Shown here: in pieces, positions 13,480-25,634 of the stretch | How the letters are laid out: every line of letters starts with the position of its first letter | Position numbering within the stretch: the first letter of the stretch is position 1 | DNA from: Octopus bimaculoides | Taxonomy: Eukaryota | Assembly: GCF_001194135.2 (NCBI RefSeq) | Contig: NC_068983.1 | Span: 38,826,643-38,890,642 of the forward strand | Direction: 5' to 3' | Length of the DNA: 64,000 nucleotides | Made by a program: the position numbers and the translations under genes | Notes under the pieces: model-generated | What the model was told of the DNA's origin: nothing | The model's input: the letters and a program-made list of their open reading frames with translations, nothing else | Databases searched by the model: none

Positions 13480-13835
13480 GTTGTTTTACATCCACTTAAT
13501 AATGGCCCTCAATTGGTTGTTGTCATCTTAGAAGGCTATCCATGATCTCATCTGCAAGGGTCTTGTGGTCTCCTATAAAATTTTAGATCTAACCTAGAGC
13601 TGTCATTACTCTTAATAAAGTGATAGGTCCTGTCAGAGGGCCCTGGTTGATCTGGGTGAGGCGATATAGACTCCTTCCCCTCTCAGGTGAATTGCACAAT
13701 CACTCTATTAATTGTAGAAAGTGGGATCCCAAGGTTTCCTGCAATTTTACTCTGCTTATGTCCACCTTTAGAATGACCCACAATATGACCTCTTTGAAAT
13801 ACAGACAGTTCCAAGGCTTCTTTTGTACATGGCAT
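13480..13835 (-). pseudogene. Internally deleted Tc1-like transposase remnant
   Basis: From the ATG at 13835: [53 protein letters not shown], matching the Tc1 N-terminal HTH pattern (ELSxFxRGxIVG...IAxxLGIPxSTVxRVI). Confidence 0.75.
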
Positions 13836-14808
13836 GATTAAACAGCATGATTAACATAGAGAACCTGAAACATAAAAATGTCAATTAATAAAAAATATAA
13901 ACCATTACAAATTAGAATAAACATAAAACAATGTTTCATGGGGTGTCTATTTACTTCTGTAATGTCTTTGTATATCTACATTCATAGATAGACACACATA
14001 CATACATACATACATACATAGTTATATAGATATGTAGATATAGATATAATCTTATTTGTCATTAACTATTTTTGTTGTTAATGCTTTGTTACTTTTGGAA
14101 AATGGTGTGTGTTCTAATTGGGTTGTTTTTTATCAAGCAAGATTTATACCTCTGGGGAGTGTCTAAAAACTAATTAAATTATCACAGTCTTGTTAGAAAT
14201 CCATTCAATATTATGAATGTTTGTAAACTGATGTTGACTCGGCAACTTGACATGGACTCAATAACTTGCCTGCAAATTTACATGTTCTCTTTTACTTTAA
14301 AATGTAATTAAAAAAATAAACACCAAAAGAAACAAGCTAAGTGGGTTCATTATTACATACGGTGTTTTGTTTTGAGTAAAATATTGGTGGCGCTTCTAGG
14401 CTTATAAATTGTTAGATACCACTAGAGGCAGACTTTTCTGTTTAACCAGCTTCAAGGTTTTTCAAATGTAGTTGGATGAGGAGCTGGGCTAGTATTTGTG
14501 AACTATAATTAAGTATTAATGAAAGTATTATTTGTAATTACCTTTGCACAGTGGATTTCATCAATCCTAGAAATTGTTGTTATGTATCTTCTTTGCTTTG
14601 GATCTTTGGTTTGAAATCAGCTTTGACAATCAAAAAAAATATATATATAAAAAACTTAATGTGTAGCATCACTAAAGGGAGTAATACTGTTAGTAAATAT
14701 TATAACAAATGATGGTGGTAAGGGCCTTCACTTTAAACTCATCTTTGTATAGTTTCTAACTCTCTTCAAATCTCAAATACACTCCACCACCAACACACAT
14801 TAGAATAT

Positions 14809-15047
14809 ATTCTTTTCTACTCTAGGCACAAGGTTCGAAAATTTTTGGGGTCGGGGTCAGGGTGGGGGTCCAGTCGATTAGATCGACCTCAGTACACAGC
14901 TGATACTCAATTTATTAACCCCGAAAGGATGAAAGGCAAAGTTGACCTCGGCAGAATTTGAACTTAGAACGTAAAGACAGACGAAATACTGCTTAGTATT
15001 TCGCCCGGTACGCTAACGATACTGCCAGCTCGCCAGCTCGTCACCTT
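14809..15047 (-). mobile_element. MetaSINE-like tRNA-derived SINE (family C), full length with 15-bp TSD
   Basis: TSD cacacattagaatat at 14794-14808 and 15048-15062; head 'gagctggcag..cgttagc', central 'gtcaactttgcctttcatcctttcggggtt.ataaatt.agta'. Confidence 0.9.
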
Positions 15048-15589
15048 CACACATTAGAATATTGCTCTTGTATACAGAGCTGCATGGCTGCTACATATAA
15101 TGTCTATTTTAGATTGAATCGAAAAAAGTTGTCAACATACTACAATCACTCGTTGACGCACTGTACCACTTTACTACTACTACTACTACTACTACTACTG
15201 TTTCTGCTTTTCTGCACTTTTCCAACTGTGTACTCTTTGCTCCTACATCCACTCCTCTTCCTTTCATTGCCACTACTACTTCTTGCCTCACTGATCTTAT
15301 ACTGATTCCCACCCTCACCCTAAATTGCAGGCACCTGGAACTCCTTCTATATCACCGCCTTAATATTGATCTGCATTTCAGCCTTAATATCAACATCTGA
15401 GAAAGTATTATACAAAAAGTACTGATACTTCCCTTTTTCCTGTAATCATTTAAACTGTTTAGCATTATGCAGTTCTATATTTCTTTACGTGTTATTTTAA
15501 GATAATCCTTTCACAAAATAGGTCACAGGAAAAAAAAAAAATCCTTCCTTGAATAGGATGTCAGTCTTTTAGAGGAAACTTTCCCAGTT

Positions 15590-15905
15590 ATCTTGGTACA
15601 TATTTCCGAAAGCACTAGTATTGGTGCCACATAGAAAGCACTGGTGATGGTACCTTGTAAAAAGTACTGGTGATGGTACCACATAAAAAGCACCAGTAAT
15701 GGTGCCATGTATAAACCACCCAGTACACCCTGTAAAGTGGTTGGCATTAGGAAGGGCATCCAGCTGTAGAAACCATACCAAAATAGACAATGGAACCTGG
15801 AACGGTTTCTGGCATGCCAGCTCCTGTCGAACTGTCCAACCCATGTCAGCATGGAAAGCCGACATTAAATAATGATGATAATGGTGGTGGTGGTGGTGGT
15901 GATGA
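15590..15905 (+). mobile_element. Family B element, short-unit (~27 bp) VNTR subfamily
   Basis: Repeats of 'gcactggtgatggtaccacataaaaa', then the common RTE-type tail and (ggt/gat)n. Confidence 0.8.
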
Positions 15906-16673
15906 TGAACAGAGACATGTACAATAAAGTGATTTTGCTCAAATTCAACATGAAACATTTGCAATGGATGTGATCTCTTGAACCCTGAACTTGTAATTCA
16001 ATATTCTGTTCCCCTGGTGAATTTCTCTTTGCCTGGGTATTGTTAGGTGTTAGCTGTGTGGTTTGGAAGCTTGCATCCCAAATAGATGGTTTTGGATCTC
16101 ATTCCATTGTGTAGCATCTTGGTTAAGTGTCTTTAACAATAACTCCAAGCTGACCAAAGCCTTCTAAGTGAACTTGATAGATGGAAACTGAAAGAAGTTC
16201 ATCATATGCATGTGCATGTGTGTGAGTATGTTTTTGCTTGTGTCTCCTTACCTTTGATGTTATGTGATAGTTGTAAGTAGACTGCTGGATCAGATACTTT
16301 GTGGTATTTGTTCTAGTTCTTTACATTCTAATTTCAAATCCTTCCATGACATACTTGCAGAAAGTTAATTTTTGCTAACTGTACTCTGCCCAATCAGTGT
16401 GTGGCTTTACTAAATTACTTAAGTTGATTGGTGTTTGGTTTAGGTGTCACGGTTTGTCGAACATGTCAAGAGACCTGTATTTTGACCCTGGCCAGGGATT
16501 TTTACATTTCAGCTATCGTCATCATCCTATTCATCTCCTTTATTGTTGTTGTTGTTGTTGTTGTTAGTGGTGGTGGTAGGAGTAGCTGTGGTAATAGAAC
16601 TTTAAACCCAAAAATACGATTATTTTTACTGACTTTTCTCTTGATTTAGCTAGTATTTTCCTACTATCATCAT

Positions 16674-16717
<44 letters not shown>

Positions 16718-16758
16718 AAGAGATGACACCAGAAAAAGCAAATGTTATGTAATGAACT

Positions 16759-16850
16759 TTCAGTAGCTTACAGTTGTTTCTGCCATAAGATGTGGTGGAC
16801 TCTTAGTTAAGTATCTGGATAACATTCTATAACTTCATCAGAACCCTGAA
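16759..16850 (-). ncRNA. Type I hammerhead ribozyme-like fold with long stem II
   Basis: UUCAGGGUU-CUGAUGA-(54 nt)-GAAA-C-AACU-G-UA-AGCUACUGAA; core intact; stem I about 9 bp with 2 wobbles and one bulge; stem II degenerate. Confidence 0.6.
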
Positions 16851-17404
16851 TATGAAGTGCACTTTATTTGGGAAAGTTAGATTTTCAGAACATACAGAAT
16901 TTACTTTTGCTCTCTTTCTCCTTCCACCTGGGATAACCATATATCTCCTCTACAACAAAACACATGTTTCTTATTTCTTTATTGCTCACAAGGGGCTAAA
17001 CATAGAGGGGACAGACGAAGGGGTTAAGTTGATTACATCAACCCCGGTGTGAAACTGGTACTTAATTTATCAACCCCAAAAGGATGAAGGGCAAAGTCAA
17101 CCTCGGCGGACTGTCCCTCTATCATAGTTTAACTTCTCATCAGCTGGCACAAAGCCACCTCCCTCAATGCTACTCCTGTTCTCAGTTGAGGGACCTTTGT
17201 CTTGCAAGTTACTTGCTGGTGCTGGTGCCATGTAAAAAGCACCCAGTCCACTCTGTAAAGTGGTTGGCATTAGGAAGAGCATCCAGCTGTATGTCAAATC
17301 AAACAATGGAGCTTGGAACAGTCCCCAGGTTTACCAGCCCTTGTCAAACCATCCAATCCATGCCAGCCTGGAAGACCGATGTTAAATGAGGATGATGATG
17401 ATGA

Positions 17405-17436
<32 letters not shown>

Positions 17437-17951
17437 TATCTCCTTAACTTAGTTGTTTGGCAAAGGGGAATGATAAAATAAGTACCAGACTTATAAAGAA
17501 TAAATGCTGGGGGTTGATTTGGTTGGCTAAACTCTTCAAGGTGGTGTCCCAGTATAGCCATTGTCCAATTTCTGAAACAAAGTAAAAGAATTAAAAAAAA
17601 CTCTGCAAAAGAATACATAAATATAAACATCATCTGCATCAATATCATTGCTCTAGAAGCTTCTACCTGAACAGACAATAACAAGCTTATGTAGGTTTGT
17701 GATTGTTGAGAAAAAACTAGTTTCATATATGTGGTAGCTGATTTGGCGTAGTCTTTACCTACTCTATCATATAAGGTGTATAACTGAAGGGATCTGTTGT
17801 AAGAACGGAACTATTCCATTAAAGTTAGAAAGGGGTGTAAGGTAGGTGAAAATGAATAAAGAAGAGCGAATAATCTGGTGAGTTAAAAAGAAGAGTTGGA
17901 GAGAATATGTGAGAACCACTAGGTAATAATATCAAATATCTAATATATATA

Positions 17952-17996
<45 letters not shown>

Positions 17997-18011
17997 TGTA
18001 TATATATATGT

Positions 18012-18045
<34 letters not shown>

Positions 18046-18047
18046 GC

Positions 18048-18086
<39 letters not shown>

Positions 18087-18138
18087 TGTTGTAAACTTAA
18101 GGTGTTGGTAAACAAGTGAGTAGACAAAGAACAAACAG

Positions 18139-18179
<41 letters not shown>

Positions 18180-19348
18180 ACAGAGAGAGAGATGTGTGTG
18201 TGGCTAAGAAAAGATGATGAATTTCTTGAAAAGAGGATACTAAACAAGAGTTGTTAAAATGAATTACTGGCTTAGATCTGAAACAAGAATTTTAAAGATG
18301 AAACAATGAAAAGCATTTTATTTTGTTTTATTTTATTTTATTTTTATTTCTATTTATTTATTTATTTTGTCATTGGTGTGAATCTAAAAGAGCTTCATTT
18401 AAAAAAAGAAATTCTTTGCTTTTTTCTTTAGAATATATAACTCCTGATAGCAGCACCGTAACGTGACAAACAGAAATACAAATGGATTTTCACTTTATTT
18501 ATATATTAGTTTATTTATCCTTATGTGTTTATTTATTTACATGTGTTTATTTATATATATATGTATTTATTTATACATATATTTATTTTCATTGCACGAA
18601 TACACATTCAAAAAAATACTCTGATTGCCAATAAAATTCTCATGGTCTCTCTCTAGAATGTCAAGTTTATTGGTTGCTATGGTGTAATAACTTGATAGAT
18701 CTTCCCTGTTCCCCTAGCTTTTTTTTTCTTTACAACCAAAACAAGTTGCACATTTGCATGTTTGTATGCATGCATGCGTTTGAATGTGAGTGCATCTGTG
18801 TGCATGTGTGTGTGCGTGTGTGTGTGTGTGTGGCTGGATCCCTATTTTTACTCTTAGGTTGCCCTGACAACAGGTTATAGAGCCTTTGAGTCATAGCTAG
18901 GCTCTTCAATGCAAACGGATCTGTTTTGCTAATCGAATCACCTTGTTAGAATAGCCTGCTTTATTTGTTCCCACTTATCATGCCTTTTACATTATCATTT
19001 TACTCAACAGGTCGTCTGCTGAAGATTTGACAGCACTGTACAAATATCTATGTGTATGAGTGTATATATACATGCGAGTATATGCTTGTATGTGTCTCTG
19101 TTTGTGTGTATGTCTTTCTATTGGGAGAACAGTATTTCTCTCCTTTGCCTCCTTTCTCAAAGCTTCTATGATTTGTGAACAACATACATGTTTGAGTAAT
19201 GTAGTATTTAATGTTTCATGTCTAAATATATAGTTGTTTGGTTGTTTGCTGTGAAATTTATTACTCACGTGTCTTTCTTTTCTGTTGGTGAATTAGATAT
19301 CTCTTGTGTATGGATGTGTACATATGCATATGTGTATGTGTATTTACA

Positions 19349-19392
<44 letters not shown>

Positions 19393-19525
19393 CACACATA
19401 TTCACACACACACGCACATACACGCACACACACACACACACACACACAACTCACATATGTATATTGATAATTCATTTATTACCTTTTTGTTTTGTAATTC
19501 ATCAGATGTACTTATATATGTGCAT

Positions 19526-19561
<36 letters not shown>

Positions 19562-19739
19562 AGATATTAACATATATGTGATGTGTGTGTGTATACAAAC
19601 CTACGGATTGTTTCAATTCTATGTCCACCTTATAAATCATAAAAATAGTTGTAATAAGTCTTCAGCTCTGAACATAGGTATTAAAGTATAAAAAAGAAAA
19701 TTAATAATATATATATATATAGAGAGAGAGAGAGATCAT

Positions 19740-20064
19740 TATTAATCATAGGGCAGCAAAAGAAATTTTAGAAATTTAATTTACCACCAGTGGTCCAGCA
19801 AGAATAAAAAATTAGTCAATAGACTACATATATATTATTCATTTAAAATATAGAGATGCCTATAATAGGACATCTACCCGCTAGAAAGAGCAGCACTCTG
19901 CTGACGAAAGCTCCCGAGTTAGATATACTTTTATCTTGCTAAATAGCTTGAGACCATGGTACAGAGTATAGACTGGTAAAAATGTTTTTATTTTTCATTC
20001 TCTTTCGAAATTATCCCTATTTTTGTGGTATAGAGTTTTTTGCTGCTCTTTCTAGCGGGTAGAT
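19740..20064 (+). mobile_element. Probable Penelope-like element terminal (pLTR) remnant
   Basis: Contains a hammerhead fold (19895-19967) plus a perfect 24-bp inverted repeat atctacccgctagaaagagcagca (19872-19895 / 20041-20064); left boundary approximate. Confidence 0.55.
19895..19967 (+). ncRNA. Type I hammerhead ribozyme-like fold, GAAA>GAGA variant
   Basis: ACUCUG-CUGACGA-AAGCU-(32 nt)-AGCUU-GAGA-C-CAUG-G-UA-CAGAGU: perfect 6-bp stem I, 5-bp stem II, palindromic stem III (ACCAUGGU). Confidence 0.75.
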
Positions 20065-20427
20065 ATATATAGAGATAGATATATAAAAGTAATTTAATTC
20101 ATAGCAAATATAAAAGCAACAAAGGTACTAAACAACTATTCACTTTGTGAACTTTTATATTCCAAATGGTTAATTTTTTTTTTTAATGTGTGAATTTTTT
20201 ATTGTTAATGAATTTAGATTAATATCGATTTTTAAAAAATTTTTGTGAGTAAAGATGGCTAAGTCAATGAGTGAAGGACAACTATGGAATTGGTTTTTGT
20301 CTATGGTTAAGACACTTAACTCTGTAATAAGAGAATACACTTAGCTGTAAGTAGATGAAGCTGGCTAGTAACCACAAGTCATCACTTTGTAAAGAGGCAG
20401 CTCTAAAACATTGACAAGTGAGCAATT

Positions 20428-21020
20428 ATAGGCACAGGAGTGACTCTGTGTGGTCAGTAGATTACTTACCAACCACATGGTTCTGGGTTCAGTCCTACTG
20501 CGTGGCACCTTGGGCAAGTCTCTTCTATTATAGCCTTGGGCTGTCCAAAGCCTTGTGAGTGGATTTGGTAGACGGAAACTGAAAGAAGCCCATCGTATAC
20601 ATATATACATACAGATATGGAAATATTTTACTCTCAAACGCATAATAATAGCTTATGCTATTCAGCATTATTGTTATGCGTTTGAGAGTAAAATATTTAC
20701 ATATCTGTGTATTTCAATACATCTCAACGCTTCTAAAAAAGCAAACTTTGTTTGTATACATACATCTTAATATGTATGNNNNNNNNNNTGTGTGTGTGTG
20801 TTTGTGTGCCTGTGTTTCCCTGCACCCCCCCACCACCACCACCATCACTTGACAACTGGATGCTAGTGTGTTTACGTCCCCCATAACCTAGCGGTTCGGC
20901 AAAAAAGGCTGATAGAATAAGTACTAGGCTTACTAAGAATACGTCCTGGGGTCGATTTGTTCGCCTAAAAGGCACTGCTCCAGCATGGCTGCAGTCAAAT
21001 GACTGTAGCAAATAAAGGAA
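20428..21020 (+). mobile_element. Family A SINE, full length with internal microsatellite, extra insert and small gap
   Basis: Head 'aggcacaggagtgactctgtgtgg..gggttcagtcc', CORE-like 'gcaccttgggcaagt', tail ending 'gactg..gcaaataaagg'. Confidence 0.85.
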
Positions 21021-21603
21021 TAAATGAATTAACATACAGTGCTGAGTGCAGTTGTTTCTGTAGGCCTGGAGAAGGCAATGAGGAAAATGACTCCAGCCTA
21101 ATCTACTCTAGAATCATGAGATGAAGCTCAGCCCTCAGTGAGGAAATGGCAATGAATCAAATATGTGATGCAATTTCAATTCCTGGTTGAAACTATTTCA
21201 TTTCTTTCACACTTCTAATGCTTTTTGAGGATGTATGATTGTCACAGCTTCACTTTTCCCTACATAGCTCTGGTACTATAGACATCTGGTTTGAATGTCA
21301 CTGGAAAGGATTACAAGATTCTTCAATTCTAAATAACTGGAGTGAGACTTGTATTTGAACTGAAAATAAAATGGTTGGATAATATCCAAAATCTGAGTTG
21401 GTCACAGTTTTGAATCCAGCAGGAAAGTGTAATAAAGGTTGATTCCTGATAGGACCCTATGGAGAAGCAGTCCCTGAGGACTCTACCTCCAGAACCCTCC
21501 CTGTATGAAGAAACCAGTATGACACAACATTGCCTTAACTGATAAATACCTTGTCTTTCTCAAAGGCATTATTGGTATAAACCAGTGGTTCTCAAAGTGG
21601 GCG

Positions 21604-22473
21604 GTATCGCCTACAAATCTAGTAAGATAGAATGTTTCAGAGAATGATATATGCAAATGCAGAAAGGTCGGAACACTGAAACATATTCTTTCCATCTGTT
21701 CATTAACATCGAATAGATATACATGGAGACACAACCTGGTACTGAAGGTTATCTTCAATATTATAAAGAACTAAATCGCTTTCATCAGCAGTAGAAAAAA
21801 GAAACAATGAAAGAACCAACCAGAGATTTCATTACCTTCATGTGCTCAGGACAGCAGATCCATTATAAGAAGAAGAAGAAGAAACTTCCTGTGAGAGATG
21901 AAAAGTGGAGTGATTATTGTCAGGTGGTTGCAAGATTCTTTCCCATCCCAGTTGCGAAAAAATCGGATATTATAATGTGGTGTGAAAAAAAAACAAGTGG
22001 TGAATCTAGTTGAGTTAACGGTTCCTCATGAAGATAACATGGACATCGCTTGGGCTCAAAAGATAAACCATTATGTAAACCTCCTTGAGGAATGTAAAGA
22101 CGCAGGCTGGAAAGCGGAGCATTTTCTAGTCGAAGTCGGATGTAGAAGATTTGTTGGACACAGTGTGAGGTGACTGTTGTTATTGTTTGACCTAACTCAT
22201 CATAAAGTGAACGATATCCAAACCACTGTGGAAGAGGCAAACCACTGGATTTAGTTAAAAAGAGATGATGAGCAATGGCTAGAAGAATATTGAGCTTTAT
22301 TTGATAACCAGTTGATCTAGCAAGTGAGGCCTCATATCAGCATAATGATGCCGTTGAGAGGTAAGCCCCGAAACAGCGCGCATTCTTTCCTGGTGACTCC
22401 ATACACTTGCTGGCTTCTGGTATGTGAAGCTTTTAACTGGTAGCACTTGCATGTGAAAGTTCTTTGCTAAATA
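21604..22473 (+). pseudogene. HERO-type (R2/NeSL group, restriction-like endonuclease) non-LTR retrotransposon, 3' remnant
   Basis: SPTNLVR*NVSENDICKCRKVGTLKHILSIC..RYTWRHNLVL (CCHC knuckle + RHN motif); KSDIIMWCEKK-QVVNLVELTVPHEDN...VEVGCRRFVGHS...HWI*LKR (PD-ELT endonuclease); stops and frameshifts. Confidence 0.88.
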
Positions 22474-24179
22474 TAGAAACCATGCTAAAGCAGGCATTGG
22501 AGCACAATGCAGTCTTGCAACTCATCAGATCCTGCTAAGCTAGCCAACCCATGCCAGCATGGAAGATGAATGTTAAATTAGAATGAGGATAATGATGATG
22601 TTGTGTGTTGTTAATTGCTGAAATATGGGTGGAGACAAATTATAATGAAAACTCTAACAGTTCCTTTACTAGTGTGCAACAGAGAAAGAAACAAAATAAA
22701 GAAAAAAGGATATCACTAGACTTGAAGCAGAATGAGTTATATTGTGGCTGATATTTTTCACTTGTGAGAATTTTGTTAAACATTTTTGAATTTGTGATGA
22801 AAAATATAAATAATAAAAAGTAATAATATTAATAATAGCAAAATTTTTAAAATGTTTTAGTTATTTAAGAATTTGTAAAATGACAAAAAACAAATAATAA
22901 TGCCCCTATTTTTAAGGAAGATTTCTCATTGAATAAAATTTTAAGATTTTTATTTTAAAAAGGAAGGAAAACTGATGCAAAGATGTTCTAATGTGATAAG
23001 GAAGTACATAAAGAAATTGGTTGATGATAAACATTAACAATAAGAAAAACAAAAGTGATGGTTTGGGGAGGGCTTCACATATGAGCAGCTGACATCTGCT
23101 GTGCAGAGTAAATACCAATGTATGGAGGAATAATAAGAATAGTAGTAGTAGTAGCAGATCATTTAATTAAAAAAAGTTTTTCCTTCTGAGTTTTTAGCAT
23201 ACTTAGCATTACTAACATATATAGGCCCTTTAGATAAAATGTTGAACTTTGAGGTTAGATAACAATATCTGACCTATTAGCCTTGATCACACTATTTTTA
23301 AAATGCATTTTGTACATTATTAGTGTTGCCTTGTGGTTAAGAAGTGTGATTTGCCAATATGTGGTTTCAGGTTTGATCCTGCCTCATGGCACCTTGGACA
23401 AGTGACTTTTACTGTAGTCATTGTTGTTGGCATCATCATCATTATCTTTTAATGTCCGTTTTCCATGCTAGCATAGGTCGAATGGTTTGACATGGTCTGA
23501 GGAGTCTCAAAGAGGCATGTACCTCTATGTACAGATATATGTGTGTGTGTAGGTGCAAGCATGGCTTTGTGGTCAAGAAGCTTGCTATCCAACCACATGG
23601 CTTTTGGTTCAGTCCCACTGCATTGCATCTCCAGCAAGTGTCTTCTTCTAAAGCTTTGTGAGTAGATTTGGTAGATGGAAACTGAATGAATCTCATTGTG
23701 TGTGTATGAACTTTATTGACTTTTTTATGGTTTAATCCAAGGAGGAAACACATGACTTCTTTTAGGGCCTCCAAGACTGCTGGGCAGGGAAGTGAGGAAG
23801 TTATCCCCAGACTGGAAACCTTACCTGAATGTTTACATCTGAGTAGACTACACTAAAAACACTCAAGAGCCAGGTGGTGGTGTTAAACCAAGGAAATTAA
23901 ATTTACTTCTATGTTTTCAATTAGGGAGACACTCACCTCTGTGATCTTACTGTCAAATCAGATATTCCTTAAATGTAGTATTAGAGTAGCTGTTCGTTTC
24001 ATTTCCTGATTGAAGCCATTCCAATTTACTTGTTTACATTTGCAATGTTGTTATAATTTGTGAAAGATATACATGTCATAGCATTGTATTCTCTTACAGA
24101 ATCACTTACACTGTATTACAGTGTTCCCTTACAGAATATCAATCATGTAATTTAGGTAGGTCATAGGCACAGAAATGGA

Positions 24180-24441
24180 TCTCTGATTAGCTTTTATCTT
24201 TTACCTGTTTCAGTCATTAGACTGTGGCCATGCTGGGGCACTACCTTGAAGGGTCCCATTCAAATGAATTGACTCCAGCATTTATTTTTTGAAGCCTGGT
24301 ATTTATTATATAGGTTTCCTTTTGGCAAACTGCTAAGTTAAAGGGGATGTAAACAAACCATTACTCTCAAGCAGTGATAGGGGACAAACACACACACACA
24401 TATGTAAATATATACATATATGTGTGTGTGTGTATACATAC

Positions 24442-24478
<37 letters not shown>

Positions 24479-24545
24479 TACTCATGATGGGCTTCTTTCA
24501 GTTTCCATCTACTAAACCCACTCTCAAAGCTTTGGTCTGCACCTA
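24180..24545 (-). mobile_element. Family A SINE (tail, microsatellite, partial head). Other copies at about 17410-17590+, 23320-23700+, 24720-24958+, 37520-38010-, 41075-41355-, 44562-44975+, 54600-54930-, 61435-61843-, 63090-63280-
   Basis: Shared diagnostic blocks 'cttttacttgtttcagtcatt.gactgtggccatgctggagcac' and 'gggcttctttcagtttcc.tctaccaaatccactcacaaggctttgg'. Confidence 0.85.
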
Positions 24546-24722
24546 TTTTCCAACTTCATGGTAAAGAGATTTAATCCCTCACTGTTCGCCACTCTTGCTC
24601 AATTGTTTCTAACATTGCCTCGAGCTGACTAATGCTTTATCAGTGGAAGTTACAGGAAAATTACTTGACTTTGACATATATGTGTGCATATATGTGTGAG
24701 CATGCCTATGTACACGTTAGCA

Positions 24723-24756
<34 letters not shown>

Positions 24757-25593
24757 TTTGTGCCTGTGTTTGACCTCTCATCACTGCTTGAAGATCCATG
24801 CTGGCATATTTACATTCCTGTAACTTAGCAGTTGAGCAAAAGAGAACAATAAAATAAGTATTAGGGTCAATTCATTCAACTAAAATTTTTCAAAGTAGTG
24901 CTCCAGTATGGGTGCAGTCTAATGACTGAAACAAGTAAAACAATAAAAATAAAAGATTNNNNNNNNNNNNNNNNNNNNNNNNNNNNNNNNNNNNNNNNNN
25001 NNNNNNNNNNNNNNNNNNNNNNNNNNNNNNNNNNNNNNNNNNNNNNNNNNNNNNNNNNNNNNNNNNNNNNNNNNNNNNNNNNNNNNNNNNNNNNNNNNNN
25101 NNNNNNNNNNNNNNNNNNNNNNNNNNNNNNNNNNNNNNNNNNNNNNNNNNNNNNNNNNNNNNNNNNNNNNNNNNNNNNNNNNNNNNNNNNNNNNNNNNNN
25201 NNNNNNNNNNNNNNNNNNNNNNNNNNNNNNNNNNNNNNNNNNNNNNNNNNNNNNNNNNNNNNNNNNNNNNNNNNNNNNNNNNNNNNNNNNNNNNNNNNNN
25301 NNNNNNNNNNNNNNNNNNNNNNNNNNNNNNNNNNNNNNNNNNNNNNNNNNNNNNNNNNNNNNNNNNNNNNNNNNNNNNNNNNNNNNNNNNNNNNNNNNNN
25401 NNNNNNNNNNNNNNNNNNNNNNNNNNNNNNNNNNNNNNNNNNNNNNNNNNNNNNNNNNNNNNNNNNNNNNNNNNNNNNNNNNNNNNNNNNNNNNNNNNNN
25501 NNNNNNNNNNNNNNNNNNNNNNNNNNNNNNNNNNNNNNNNNNNNNNNNNNNNNNNNNNNNNNNNNNNNTCTCTGGATCTCATCTGTGGATTAC

Positions 25594-25634
<41 letters not shown>

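Noticed and set aside
14380-14432. CTCF-like motifs (tggtggcgct, ccactagaggcag)
   Set aside because: Both are imperfect short matches, expected by chance; no supporting data
17620-17783. Minus-strand micro-exon pair giving LYTLYDRVGRSF*
   Set aside because: Very short and ends in an immediate stop; shows how easily chance AG/GT pairs form, so not listed as a feature
19594-19672. Minus-strand CUGAAGA...GAAAC-AAUCC-GUA hammerhead-like core
   Set aside because: Neither stem I nor stem II pairs next to the core; at best a heavily decayed relative of the neighbouring element
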